Of a stretch of 38,505 nucleotides of DNA, positions 19,110 through 28,934 are shown piece after piece. Below the pieces are notes generated by a model. That model was not told where the DNA came from. It made no database searches and saw only the letters and a program-made list of their open reading frames with translations. Both the position numbers and the translations under genes were made by a program. The DNA is taken from the NCBI GenBank assembly GCA_902472555.1, contig CABROF010000013.1:1-38505 (forward strand), written 5' to 3'. The DNA is from an uncultured Oscillospiraceae bacterium (GTDB lineage: Bacteria > Bacillota > Clostridia > UBA1212 > UBA1255). Each line of letters opens with the position of its first letter. Position 1 is the stretch's first letter.

Positions 19110-20516
19110 TTATGCCTCCTGCTTTTCTGCGTGTTCTGCCCGTTCCGTGTCTTTTGTTTCCTTTCCCAAAAATTCGGGCAGCTCCATACCGGCCATTTTA
19201 AACATCTCATTCATCGGCGGAACAGACTTCATGATTGAGGACAGGAAGTGAGACGTGGTGGAGGCACCGTCCTTTCCGCCCATGCTGTCCCAGACCGTAA
19301 TCTTGTCAATCTTCAGATTTTTAACTGCCTCTACCTGAATCTTGATCAGGTCCTCCATCTTATCGGCAAGAATCAGCTTCACAGCGTGATCGGCATCTCC
19401 GCCCGCAGCCTTTACGATTTCCGTCAAACCATCGGCCTGCTTTGTCAGCAGTTCCTGCACGCCTCGGGCCTGCGCTTCCATTTTTGCATAAATGGCATCC
19501 GCCTCCCCTTTTGCTTTCCTGCGAATTTGCTCAGCCTCAGCCTCAGCCTGAATTTCGATCTTTTGTTTTTCAATTTCGGCCTGGACAATGGCATCTGCCT
19601 CCAAAGTCGCCTTCTCTTTAAGCGCACGGGTTTCTTCTGCGTTTTTCTCTGCAACATACGCTTCCTGCAGGGCGTTGGCGGATTGGACCTTCTCCGCTGC
19701 TGTAGCGCGCCGCAGCGCTTCCGCTTCCCGTTCCCTTCTCAAAGCATCAGAATCCGCAATCTGAATTTTGACCTCATTTTCGCCTTCGATAGCCGTTGCA
19801 TCCGCCTGCGCTACGGCTATACGCTGGTCACGGCGGGCATTCGCTTCACCGATAGACCCGTCTCTTTCCTTTTCTGCGACACTCTTTTTCGCATCATTGA
19901 TCGCACGTGCCGCTGCTTCTTTTCCGAGGGCTTCAATATACCCGGATTCATCCGTAATATCCGTGATATTGACGTTGATCAGACGCAGGCCGATTTTTTT
20001 CATTTCTGTTTCGACGTTTGTGGATACCGCCTCCAGAAATTTATCCCGGTCCGTATTGATTTCCTCAATATCCATAGTTGCAATAATCAGACGCAGCTGT
20101 CCGAAAATAATATCCTTTGCCAGTTCCTGTACCTCGGCAAGCTTCATGCCCAGCAAACGTTCCGCAGCATTCTGCATAACACCGGGTTCCGTTGAAATAC
20201 CTACCGTGAAGCTGGACGGAACATCGATTCTGATATTCTGCCGGCACAGTGCATTTTTCAGGGGCACATTAATGGAAATAGGGGTTAAGTCCAGATACTG
20301 ATAGGACTGCAGAATCGGAACAATAAAGGCCGCTCCTCCGTGAATACATCTTGCCGACTTCGCGGTACCGTCCTTTTTATTTCCGATATGGCCGTAAATT
20401 ACCATAATTTTGTCGGACGGGCACTTTCGGATCCGACCCGCAAAAAATATGCAAATTCCCAAAAAAACAACCGCAATTGCTACCACTAAAAAAATCCATT
20501 CTCCCACAATCAGCAC
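19110..20516 (-). CDS. flotillin-like SPFH/band-7 protein
   Basis: The N-terminus is a TM helix. It is followed by an SPFH domain and a long Ala/Glu-rich coiled coil containing the EAE repeats (EAEALRR...IEIQAEAEAEQIRRKA). Confidence 0.8.
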   Translation of the reverse strand: MLIVGEWIFLVVAIAVVFLGICIFFAGRIRKCPSDKIMVIYGHIGNKKDGTAKSARCIHGGAAFIVPILQSYQYLDLTPISINVPLKNALCRQNIRIDVPSSFTVGISTEPGVMQNAAERLLGMKLAEVQELAKDIIFGQLRLIIATMDIEEINTDRDKFLEAVSTNVETEMKKIGLRLINVNITDITDESGYIEALGKEAAARAINDAKKSVAEKERDGSIGEANARRDQRIAVAQADATAIEGENEVKIQIADSDALRREREAEALRRATAAEKVQSANALQEAYVAEKNAEETRALKEKATLEADAIVQAEIEKQKIEIQAEAEAEQIRRKAKGEADAIYAKMEAQARGVQELLTKQADGLTEIVKAAGGDADHAVKLILADKMEDLIKIQVEAVKNLKIDKITVWDSMGGKDGASTTSHFLSSIMKSVPPMNEMFKMAGMELPEFLGKETKDTERAEHAEKQEA

Positions 20517-20609
20517 TCCTCTCCCGATTTTATGATTTTGCGCCGGCGCTGCGGCAGATAAAACCGTACCGCCGGCCTGGTATATATACTTGCTCCGCCC
20601 GCATGATAT

Positions 20610-21285
20610 TTACTGCAGCTTCTCAACTACCAGCGTGTCGGGCGGAATTACATCCGTTACACGGACCGCGCTTCCCGTAGGTAATTTATCATCGCCGTAT
20701 GTAATTGCATCATATTCCCGCAGACGTTCCTGTACAATCACGCTGACCTTTCCCCTCCCGTTTCCCTGCGGCGGTACGGACAGGTAAACAGACCCCGTTG
20801 CTCCGATGGCATTTCTAATATAGATGTTTCCGTTTGACTGGATCCGCATGGAGGCCTGCATAAGCTTTGCGATGATCAGCATTGTCGCAATTCCCACCGC
20901 AAGCGCAATGCCGAGAGCCAGATAAGAATTCAGTTCCGTTTTGAGCAAAACAATCGCCGTCCACCCGCCGATTGCAAAGAAGGACAGAATTCCTCTCATA
21001 GAAAAGATCCTGAGCCCCTGTGTATCGAATCCGGTTACGCCGCCCTGATCAGGGATCCCGTCACCGTCATAAACGCCGTCAAAGCCGTCAGTGCCCCCGC
21101 TATCTGCGGAAAACCCGTCGCTGAGTTCACTGATATCGCCGAATCCGCCGGCCTCCGCATCTGCTCCGCCTCCGATACCGAACAGAGATAAAATCAACTG
21201 CAGCGCCAGGATCAGTGTAGATGTCGAAGCTAAAATGTACAGTACCTTCATGGCCGTATCAAGTTCATTCCACCAATCCATCATG
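20610..21285 (-). CDS. NfeD-family membrane protein (flotillin partner)
   Basis: I place the start at the ATGATG at 21285, with GGAGG 5 nt upstream. It has TM helices and a C-terminal OB-fold segment (GATGSVYLSVPPQGNGRGKVSVIVQ). It sits directly upstream of the flotillin gene. Confidence 0.7.
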
Positions 21286-21392
21286 CAACCTCCGTCAAAG
21301 TGAATTTTATTTACGTGCAAAGTATACACCCTGCACGCGGAAGAGTCAATACATGGACAATCCTCTTTTGAAAATATTTTCTCCCTTTTTCT

Positions 21393-21442
21393 CTTGCATT
21401 TTGTGCGTAACTATTATATACTGTAGGTGAATTTTTTTCACC
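21393..21442 (+). promoter_or_regulatory. sigma-A type promoter followed by a palindromic operator for the XRE regulator
   Basis: The -35 is TTGCAT (21393-98), the spacer is 17 nt, and the -10 is TATACT (21416-21). A perfect palindrome GGTGAAA-tttt-TTTCACC (21425-21442) lies between the -10 and the RBS. Confidence 0.45.
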
Positions 21443-21457
21443 ACGGAGTTGATTGAA

Positions 21458-22219
21458 ATGAACAGAGAGTGCAAAACGGGCCGCGGGGGACAGGAGCCGT
21501 CCCTCGGCACAAAGATCAAAGAGGCAAGAATCGCAAAGCAGCTGACACAAAGTGAACTCGTGGGAGACTTTATCACGCGGAATATGCTGAGCAAGATCGA
21601 AAATGATGCCGCAGCGCCGTCCTTGAAGACGCTGGAATATTTATCAGCGCGGCTGGATGTCCCCCTGTCCTATTTTATGTCCTCCATGGTGGCAGAGCCC
21701 GAGAAAATGCTTCCTGACTATTCGTCATATTCAAATCAGGAGATCGGCCAATTTGCAGACAGGCTGACACGCTTCATAGAAACCGGTTCCTCAGACCGAA
21801 ACGAGCTGCGCTCTATTCTGTCAGGCTTCGAGGCTGCCGCGGATGAACCCTCCGCAGAAAGCATATTCTGCGAAAAAGCGGCGCAATATTATATGGAAAG
21901 AGATATGGAGGAGGCGCTGCCCTATCTTTTATTTCTGAAAGCGCGCTGTCTCATCTCTTCCGGTAAAAATACGTGGAAAGCCGCGCTGTACGGCGGGCTG
22001 GTATATCTGTGTCAAAAGGATTATGTGTCCGCCGAGCTTCTGCTGCTGCAGGCCTCCGAGGAATGTCCGGACAAAAAAACAGCCTGTTATATTTATTCTG
22101 CTTTGGAAAAATGCAGCGTCGCGCGGGATGATTATAAATCCGCTTACCGCTACTCGCATCTGAAGCAGGCTATAGGGTATGCAAGCGCAGAAAAGGATAT
22201 CCCGAAAAGCGGCAATTGA
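21458..22219 (+). CDS. XRE-family HTH transcriptional regulator with a C-terminal helical (TPR-like) domain
   Basis: GGAG lies 9 nt upstream of the ATG at 21458. The HTH_XRE stretch is LGTKIKEARIAKQLTQSELVGDFITRNMLSKIENDAAAPSLKTLEYLSARLDV. The ORF-track TTG at 21449 abuts the RBS directly. Confidence 0.7.
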   Translation: MNRECKTGRGGQEPSLGTKIKEARIAKQLTQSELVGDFITRNMLSKIENDAAAPSLKTLEYLSARLDVPLSYFMSSMVAEPEKMLPDYSSYSNQEIGQFADRLTRFIETGSSDRNELRSILSGFEAAADEPSAESIFCEKAAQYYMERDMEEALPYLLFLKARCLISSGKNTWKAALYGGLVYLCQKDYVSAELLLLQASEECPDKKTACYIYSALEKCSVARDDYKSAYRYSHLKQAIGYASAEKDIPKSGN

Positions 22220-22225
22220 AAGAGT

Positions 22226-22930
22226 TTAAGCCCTCCAGAGTTCGCTGCTGCTGACGGAAACGCCCGATGCACCGGCATTGAGCGCATTGATCATATCATT
22301 TTTTTCTGAAATCATGCCGCCGCAGATGACGGGTACACTAAGCTGCGAGGTCAACGCGGTAATCGCCTTGGGAATCAGCGCCGGCATAACCTCTACAAAA
22401 TCCGGAGAAGAGGCTTCGATCAGCTTAACGCCGCTTTTAATAGAAGAGGAATCAATCAAAAAAATACGCTGGATCGTCAGCAGGCGGCAGGCGGCGGCAT
22501 GTTTAAGCGGTGTACTTTTTGTGCTGATAATACCAGTTATGGCCGTATGCTCCGCCATAAACCGGAGCCCCGCCGGATCTTTTCCGATTCCATCAATCAA
22601 ATCCAGATGCACAAAAACGAAGCGGCCTGCCTCTGCAAGCTTTGTAATCACGGGAATATACGCAAACAGGTCCCCCTCGACAAGAAAAACCACCTGAACA
22701 GATGTTTTCAGCACAATCTCCGCTGACTCCGGGCTGCGGACCGCCGCAATCACCGGATTTTCCTCCAACGCACCTCTTACCTTCCCGGAAACAGCCTTTA
22801 TATTCCGGTTCCTATCCGAAGAACATGCTGTCCGCCCTTTTTCCGTATGAATCCTGGTGACGGTTTGTTTTTCGTGCGCCTCAGATTCCTGCGGCTGCCT
22901 GCGCGCGCACGTTTGCTGCTTCTGATTCAC
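22226..22930 (-). CDS. glpP: glycerol-3-phosphate-responsive antiterminator GlpP family protein (with an N-terminal extension)
   Basis: The core ENPVIAAV ... VICGGMISEKNDMINALNAGASGVSVSSSELW matches the G3P-antiterminator family. The first ~45 residues are extra and low-complexity, so the true start may be internal. It is the last gene downstream of the G3P dehydrogenase genes. Confidence 0.55.
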   Translation of the reverse strand: MNQKQQTCARRQPQESEAHEKQTVTRIHTEKGRTACSSDRNRNIKAVSGKVRGALEENPVIAAVRSPESAEIVLKTSVQVVFLVEGDLFAYIPVITKLAEAGRFVFVHLDLIDGIGKDPAGLRFMAEHTAITGIISTKSTPLKHAAACRLLTIQRIFLIDSSSIKSGVKLIEASSPDFVEVMPALIPKAITALTSQLSVPVICGGMISEKNDMINALNAGASGVSVSSSELWRA

Positions 22931-23136
22931 GTACTGTCCCCCTTTATCCGGTTGTCCCTTTATCCGTTTATGCGCCCGGAGACGGAGAGGAGACTGGGAC
23001 CCGGTTGGCCGTATCGCCTGTATCGCCTGTCAGGCAGCGAAAAACGTTGTTTGGTTTATTGTATAGCAGCCCTCCGCAGAATGCAAGCGACCCCGGCCTG
23101 CCGGGGGCTGACAAGGACGCCTGCGTACAGACTGCC

Positions 23137-23556
23137 TTATGAAAAAGCAGTCTCCTCTGAGGCAAAGGCTGCGGAGGCTGCAATGACGGCGGGGCCTGTA
23201 TCTGCAATATTCCGAATCAGGACGTCGCCCGCCTTTACAGGCAGCGGAATTGTATTTTCCCTTGTGTAACGGCGGATTTCCTCCAGTACGGCAAAAATCC
23301 GCGTTTTCGGAACGGGTCTTTCGGTGCGCACCGGAAGGCGCAGACGGTCAGCGCCGGACAGCGGAATCGTTGTGGTGACGATGCGGGCAGGACGCGTCAT
23401 TTCCTCCTCTGCATAGGACTGTCCTCTTGCACAATGATTTCCGCGCACAAAAATACTGCCGTCTGCTGCCCGTACCGCCTGCAGCGCACAGCCGCGCGGA
23501 CATAAAATGCAGATATACGCACTATTATTTTCATTCATGTCCATTATGTCCATCAT
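23137..23556 (-). CDS. DUF1667-type small Cys-containing protein (third subunit of the clostridial GlpA-like dehydrogenase gene set)
   Basis: The sequence ICILCPRGCALQAV...GNHCARGQ matches the DUF1667 pattern. Several ATGs are candidate starts. Confidence 0.55.
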   Translation of the reverse strand: MMDIMDMNENNSAYICILCPRGCALQAVRAADGSIFVRGNHCARGQSYAEEEMTRPARIVTTTIPLSGADRLRLPVRTERPVPKTRIFAVLEEIRRYTRENTIPLPVKAGDVLIRNIADTGPAVIAASAAFASEETAFS

Positions 23557-24928
23557 CCCCCTTTTCCTCCTGCCGGATTTCGGCCGCTTCTATTACGATG
23601 GACCGTGCTTTCAGCACCTGTTCCGCCTGCTCCGCCGAAATGCGCAAACGGATCATCTCGCTGGGCACGGCCCGCACCAAATTCAGCGCAGCAATTACCG
23701 CGCCGTCAGCCTTCAGGCAAATCCGACACGTCTGCAGCGGCCGGATCACACGGCAGTACAGTATGAGTTCCTCTACCCGTGCAATACGCTGCGGCACAAC
23801 ATACCGCACCCCCTCCCCGACATTTACCATTATAAACTTCCCCTGAGGTAAATTTTCAAAATTCATGTTTTTTTCTTTTGTTAAAAGCGTTTTCAGGCTC
23901 TCTTTCCCGTGCGCTTCAGATAAATGTACAGGGTGCGTATTGATTGCTTCGCGTACGGTACGGGCCGCAGCTTTTCCGGCTTCGACGCTTTCTTCGCTGA
24001 CATAGTCTACGATATCATGAACATGCAGTACATTGCCGCATGCATAAATGCCGGGAACAGAGGTTTCGCGTCCTGCGGAAACCATCGGGCCGCCGGTAGC
24101 AGAATCCAGCAGAATCCCCGCGCTGCGGCTTAGTTCATTTTCCGGAATCAGGCCCACAGAGAGCAGCAGCGTATCACAAGAGACAACGGTCTCGGTTCCT
24201 TGAATCGGCACGCCCTTCTCATCTACCGAAGCAATGGTGACCCCTGTCAGATAGTCCGTCCCGTGAATATCAACCACAGTGGTCCGGAGCTTCAGGGGAA
24301 TCTCATAATCCCGCAGGCACTGCTGAATATTTCGTGCCAGACCGGCGGAATACGGCAGCAGCTCACATACCATTTTCACCTGAGCGCCCTCCCACAGCAT
24401 TCTGCGGGCCATAATCAGTCCAATATCACCGGACCCCAGCACCACAACCTCTTTTCCGGGCAGCACCCCCATCATATTCACCATTTTCTGTGCCAGCCCG
24501 GCAGTATAAATGCCTTTTGGCGGGCGCGTACCCGGAATGCGGATATTCCCCCGCGTCCGTTCCCGGCAGCCCATAGCCAGAATTACGGCTTTTGCCCGGA
24601 TCACACAAACTCCCGTATCCGGAGAAATACAATAAACCTCCTTTTGCGGCGTCACCTCCAGCGCCATGCACTGCAGCATCACCGCAATGCCGCGGGCCGC
24701 CACAGCCGCGATATCCCGCTCCGCGTACTCCGGCCCGGTAAGTTCCTCCCGGTAGCGCCGAAGGCCAAACCCATTATGAATGCATTGCTGTAAAATGCCG
24801 CCCAGGCGGCAGTCGCGCTCCAGAATCACAATCCGCCCCGCGCCTTCATCGTAGCACGCACAGGCCGCGGCCATCCCGGCAGGACCGCCTCCCACTACCA
24901 CAACATCATACTCCAAGGTTTTCATCAT
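23531..24928 (-). CDS. FAD/NAD(P)-binding pyridine-nucleotide-disulfide-type oxidoreductase (second gene of the G3P dehydrogenase set)
   Basis: There are two dinucleotide-binding motifs: YDVVVVGGGPAGMAAA and VVVLGSGDIGLIMA. It overlaps the upstream gene by 23 nt. Confidence 0.7.
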   Translation of the reverse strand: MMKTLEYDVVVVGGGPAGMAAACACYDEGAGRIVILERDCRLGGILQQCIHNGFGLRRYREELTGPEYAERDIAAVAARGIAVMLQCMALEVTPQKEVYCISPDTGVCVIRAKAVILAMGCRERTRGNIRIPGTRPPKGIYTAGLAQKMVNMMGVLPGKEVVVLGSGDIGLIMARRMLWEGAQVKMVCELLPYSAGLARNIQQCLRDYEIPLKLRTTVVDIHGTDYLTGVTIASVDEKGVPIQGTETVVSCDTLLLSVGLIPENELSRSAGILLDSATGGPMVSAGRETSVPGIYACGNVLHVHDIVDYVSEESVEAGKAAARTVREAINTHPVHLSEAHGKESLKTLLTKEKNMNFENLPQGKFIMVNVGEGVRYVVPQRIARVEELILYCRVIRPLQTCRICLKADGAVIAALNLVRAVPSEMIRLRISAEQAEQVLKARSIVIEAAEIRQEEKGDDGHNGHE

Positions 24929-26369
24929 AATCGCTCTGATTCCTCCTCTGCATATTTTCCCGGGCCCCGCCGCTGGCGTATTTCCGGATCAATTCCTCTA
25001 CATAAGGCCGGCAGAAGCCCCCCTGGCACCGTCCGAGACCGGCCCTGCATCTGCGTTTTACCCAATCCACATCAGGCTGCGCATACCGGAACAACGCTGC
25101 GGACCGAATCGCCATAAGAATCTGCCCTTCTGTCACAGTCTCGCAGCGGCAGATGATTTTTGCAAAATGCCGGTCTTCCTCCGCAAGACGGCTGCGCTGC
25201 TGCCAGTCCATTGCCGCAAAATCCGGAATGCCGCGCCTTGTCAGCACTGGGCGGCTTTTCGGCTGCAGCGGAAGCTGCGCATCGATCAAATTTGTCAGCA
25301 TCTCCGCAATCGCCGGGGCAGCAGTCAGACCGGGAGAACAGATTCCGGCAGTATACAGAAAGCCCGGCAGTACATCGGAGCCGCGGATGATAAAGTCAGA
25401 ACCCACAACGGGCCGGATTCCCGCAAAAGCAGTGATGCTGCCTCCGGACGGCAATTCCGGACAGCTTTTCCGCGCCTTTTGTAAAATGTCCGCCATTCCC
25501 GCAGCAGTCGTATTGACGGTACGTTCGGTCACCGGGTCGCTGCTCGGACCGATCAGCAGGTTTCCCTCTGCGGTAGGCGTAACCAATACCCCCTTCCCCG
25601 CCTTTGTGGGCGGCTGAAAAATGACGGAACGCACAAAATTTCCATATATTTTGTCGTATAAAATGTACTCGCCCTTCCGATAGGTCTCGGCAACAGGCTC
25701 CGCACCGGCCATGCGGTTGATTTGTCCGGCAGACAAGCCGGCGCAGTTTACAACGAGACGCGCAGTAAATAATTTCGTGCTGCAGTCCGGCTCCGTTCCC
25801 CCCGCCTCCACGGTAAACAGGCCGCCGGGTTCGCGGCAAATAGCCCGCACTTCATGAGATAGATAAATATCAGCTCCGTTTTCCGCCGCATTTTCCGCAA
25901 AAGCAACAGCCGCCTCATAGGGGGAGATCACACCGGCTTCCGGCGCATACAGCGCACCGACAGCGGATACGGCAGGCTCCATTTTCCGCAGCGCCTCCTG
26001 AGAAAGCACCTGCAGTCCCCGTACACCGTTTTGTTCGCCTCTTTCTAAAAGCACCCGGAGCGTATTCAGATCCTCCTGATCAAATGCCAGTACAAGAGAA
26101 CCGATTTTCCGGAACGGGATGCTGAGATCTTTGCACAATGCCGGATACATGGCGCAGCCCTTTACATTCAAAGCCGCCATCAGCGTGCCGGGCTGCGCAT
26201 CGTAGCCGGCATGGATGATCCCGGAATTCGCGCCGGACGTACTGCGCGCAAAATCCCGTCGCGCCTCCAGCAGGGCAATCCGTACCCGGTAAAATGACAG
26301 GGCCCGGGCAAGGGCGGTTCCCACGATGCCGCCGCCGACAATCAGAATATCATACGCTTGTTTCTCCAT
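24906..26369 (-). CDS. FAD-dependent glycerol-3-phosphate dehydrogenase-like oxidoreductase (GlpA/LhgO family) with a C-terminal Cys-rich, BFD-like domain
   Basis: I place the start at ATG 26369 (MEKQAYDILIVGGGIVGTALAR is the FAD-binding stretch), with GGAAGG upstream. The C-terminus has CRCETVTEGQI...C..GLGRCQGGFC. The ORF-track start at 26417 lies inside the leader hairpin. Confidence 0.7.
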   Translation of the reverse strand: MEKQAYDILIVGGGIVGTALARALSFYRVRIALLEARRDFARSTSGANSGIIHAGYDAQPGTLMAALNVKGCAMYPALCKDLSIPFRKIGSLVLAFDQEDLNTLRVLLERGEQNGVRGLQVLSQEALRKMEPAVSAVGALYAPEAGVISPYEAAVAFAENAAENGADIYLSHEVRAICREPGGLFTVEAGGTEPDCSTKLFTARLVVNCAGLSAGQINRMAGAEPVAETYRKGEYILYDKIYGNFVRSVIFQPPTKAGKGVLVTPTAEGNLLIGPSSDPVTERTVNTTAAGMADILQKARKSCPELPSGGSITAFAGIRPVVGSDFIIRGSDVLPGFLYTAGICSPGLTAAPAIAEMLTNLIDAQLPLQPKSRPVLTRRGIPDFAAMDWQQRSRLAEEDRHFAKIICRCETVTEGQILMAIRSAALFRYAQPDVDWVKRRCRAGLGRCQGGFCRPYVEELIRKYASGGARENMQRRNQSDYDENLGV

Positions 26370-26398
26370 AGAATCGTTTTCCTTCCTATTTTTCCGCT

Positions 26399-26446
26399 GA
26401 AAAAAAGAGAGCCGCAAAAACCCTTATCGGGTCTTCGCGGCTCTCT
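26399..26446 (-). terminator. intrinsic terminator in the 5' leader of the G3P dehydrogenase operon (a candidate GlpP-controlled attenuator)
   Basis: On the minus strand, a 10-bp perfect stem (agagagccgc / gcggctctct) with a 21-nt loop is followed by T7. It lies about 30 nt upstream of the start codon and downstream of the promoter. Confidence 0.6.
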
Positions 26447-26542
26447 CCTCTCGGCCAAACCATATAACATACACTATTCAAGATCTACCATACGCAAGGC
26501 CTCCGGTATTGTGTTCGTTCGGCAGCATATGGCTGTATTGCT

Positions 26543-26571
26543 ACTATAACACCTTTCCCTTTCAGTGTCAA
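26543..26571 (-). promoter_or_regulatory. sigma-A promoter of the G3P dehydrogenase operon
   Basis: On the minus strand, TTGACA (26571-26566) is followed by a 17-nt spacer and TATAGT (26548-26543). Confidence 0.55.
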
Positions 26572-26719
26572 CGGCAGAATGAACCGTGGCTTTAGAGGAC
26601 CGCTTTCTGGACTTTACATAAAATTGGGTATTGAACATACCACTTCATAGTAAAATGAAAAGCAGAACCCGACTTTAAAAATCGTATTCTACTTTTCCTT
26701 TATTTTTAGTGGCAATTAA

Positions 26720-28435
26720 TTATTCAGTTATTTTTCTTCTTCCTATTGCGCAAATACCCGTTATAGCAATTAAAATCATAACGTATGTAATAACTTGCTG
26801 TCCAACATCTCCTGAATCAGGATTTTTCCCCGAAGCAGTGTCTGCCGCGCTCAGCGTTCCATAGTAATCCGTTTCAGTACCTACAATGCCAATATTTATT
26901 GCAGCAGATGCTTCCGTGTTCATTTTGCCATCTTTATATAAATGTGCATATTCAGATGTACCAGCTACACCATAAATACCAACCGCATTGTCAGTCTCTG
27001 TGATATTCTCTATAAGGAGTAAATATTCACCGGCAGTAATATCATTTTCAAATGTAAAATACAAATCGTGACTATCATAGAAATCTACAAAATCCACTGT
27101 TGCAAGGACTTCACCTTTAATGGACGCAAGATATGAGCCCTGCCAAGCATACAAAGACCATCTCAAGCTACCCACGTTATCGCTCCAGCTTGGGCATTTA
27201 ATGCTGATTTTATCAAAAGGCATACCTGTAGAAAACTGAATCGCATAACTGGAGGCAATCTGCAGAGGTATAGATTCTGCTGCAGTATCATAAAAAGGAA
27301 CGCGCTGCACGATTTTCTCAACAATCTCAAATCCACCATCATCATACTTTTCAAAAAGAATTCCACCATAAAAATCAACTAAAACCTCTGTGCCTGCCAT
27401 AAAGCATTCCACATATGCAGTTTCATCCTTTGTTTTAAGCTGCATTAAATTAGCCTTATCCCACTCTGGAGAAACAACTTCAAATACAATAATATATTCT
27501 CCCGCCGGCTGTGCTGACGAAAAGCTGTAACTGCTTTCGAGCCTTTTAGATTGTTCACTGCCACTGCTTACATCAAATGTGACAGAAGTCTGTGCAGCAC
27601 CTGATGTTGAAGTTTCGTAATCTTTATTCCATTTATATAAAGACGCTTTTAATGTAACTGTATCTTCCACATAAAAGCCCAGCATTCCACCTGTAAAAGA
27701 AGATTCAGCTTTAAATCTTACTGCAAAATCATCAAAAGAATGTTTCTCGTTTTTACTATTGAAATACTCCCAGAATAGATAGTCATTTGAATGAATATCT
27801 ATTATTTCAGAGGAAAATGTAATTCTCTCATTTACCAGTGGTTTAAAGCCGCCCGCACCCACATTCTCAAACATAATACCGCCGAAGAAATCAACATCAA
27901 CTAAATTGCCGGCAACATAACAATCCACATGATTGCTCAAGTTGTTAGATTTTAACTGTATAACAGCACCCTCTGGATTATTTACTTCAAATACTGCAAC
28001 ATACTCCCCCGCCGGCTGTGCTGATGGAAAAGTATAACCAGCGTCTATACGTATATTGCCAGCCTCACCGGATACAGGCTGAAATGATGCCGTTGCCTTA
28101 GGGGCAGCGTTAACTGAAGTTGCATAATCTGTATTCCACTGGTGTAATCTTACATTTATTTGTGTCGAGTTTCCCTCCACATACAGGGCCATCATACCTC
28201 CCACAAAAGATGATCCCGCCTTGAATCGCACTGCAAAGCTTGGAAACGTTCTGTCTGAAGGCTCGCTTCCAGTAGCCATCCAAGCATCAAAATACGGCCA
28301 ATATACATCACCTTTTCCGGAAGAGAATGTTACAAGTCCGTTTTCGGCCGAAACACTCATTCCAAAGCACGAAACAGTCACAATAAAAATTAAGACTGCT
28401 ATAGCCGTTAATTTACACTTACTACTTTTGTTCAT
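26720..28435 (-). CDS. cell-surface protein: signal peptide, three tandem copies of an uncharacterised ~110-aa module, C-terminal TM anchor
   Basis: I place the start at ATG 28435, with GAGGTGG upstream. The ORF-track start is GTG 28444. The repeated module contains FAVRFKA.SSF.GGM...YVE......L..WN.DY.TS....P......AQPAGEY..VFEV. The C-terminus is VITYVMILIAITGICAIGRRKITE. Confidence 0.65.
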   Translation of the reverse strand: MNKSSKCKLTAIAVLIFIVTVSCFGMSVSAENGLVTFSSGKGDVYWPYFDAWMATGSEPSDRTFPSFAVRFKAGSSFVGGMMALYVEGNSTQINVRLHQWNTDYATSVNAAPKATASFQPVSGEAGNIRIDAGYTFPSAQPAGEYVAVFEVNNPEGAVIQLKSNNLSNHVDCYVAGNLVDVDFFGGIMFENVGAGGFKPLVNERITFSSEIIDIHSNDYLFWEYFNSKNEKHSFDDFAVRFKAESSFTGGMLGFYVEDTVTLKASLYKWNKDYETSTSGAAQTSVTFDVSSGSEQSKRLESSYSFSSAQPAGEYIIVFEVVSPEWDKANLMQLKTKDETAYVECFMAGTEVLVDFYGGILFEKYDDGGFEIVEKIVQRVPFYDTAAESIPLQIASSYAIQFSTGMPFDKISIKCPSWSDNVGSLRWSLYAWQGSYLASIKGEVLATVDFVDFYDSHDLYFTFENDITAGEYLLLIENITETDNAVGIYGVAGTSEYAHLYKDGKMNTEASAAINIGIVGTETDYYGTLSAADTASGKNPDSGDVGQQVITYVMILIAITGICAIGRRKITE

Positions 28436-28934
28436 ATAACCCACCTCTGATTATTATAATTTGGCAAAAGCCATATCGTTCTTTATTTAAAATTTTATAC
28501 ATTTACAAAAAGTGCGCCAGTCACAAAACGGGTAAGTTCATTAAATTTTACTGAATAATTCAGTCTGTAGAGTATCCGGCAAAATTGAACGCGCAAAATA
28601 CTTACGAATAAAATATGCAAGCGTATATCTCCGGGCATGAAAAAGCTGTGAATTCTTTTGTCTCCATACAAAGCGGTTTCGGGGAGCCGCCAGCACATAG
28701 CTTTTCAAAAGCAACAGCCGGGCAATGGACAAATCTGCATTTAACATGATAATGTGTATTGTCGGACAAAATAACGTGCACTAAAACAAGGGCGCCAACT
28801 TAACGCCTCTACAGCGCTATGTTCTATGAAGAATATTTCTGCAGACTACTGGCATATTCTTTGTATTAAGTCTTACTGGCCTCCCTTTTATTTATGACAG
28901 GCATTCATTGTTCTGCCTTTTCAAGAAATCCATT

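Noticed and set aside
23080-23115. GC-rich hairpin (ccccgg-cagg-ccgggg) between the DUF1667 gene and glpP
   Set aside because: On the transcribed strand it is not followed by a U-run, so it is not a credible intrinsic terminator. It may be a processing or stability element, but nothing specific supports that.
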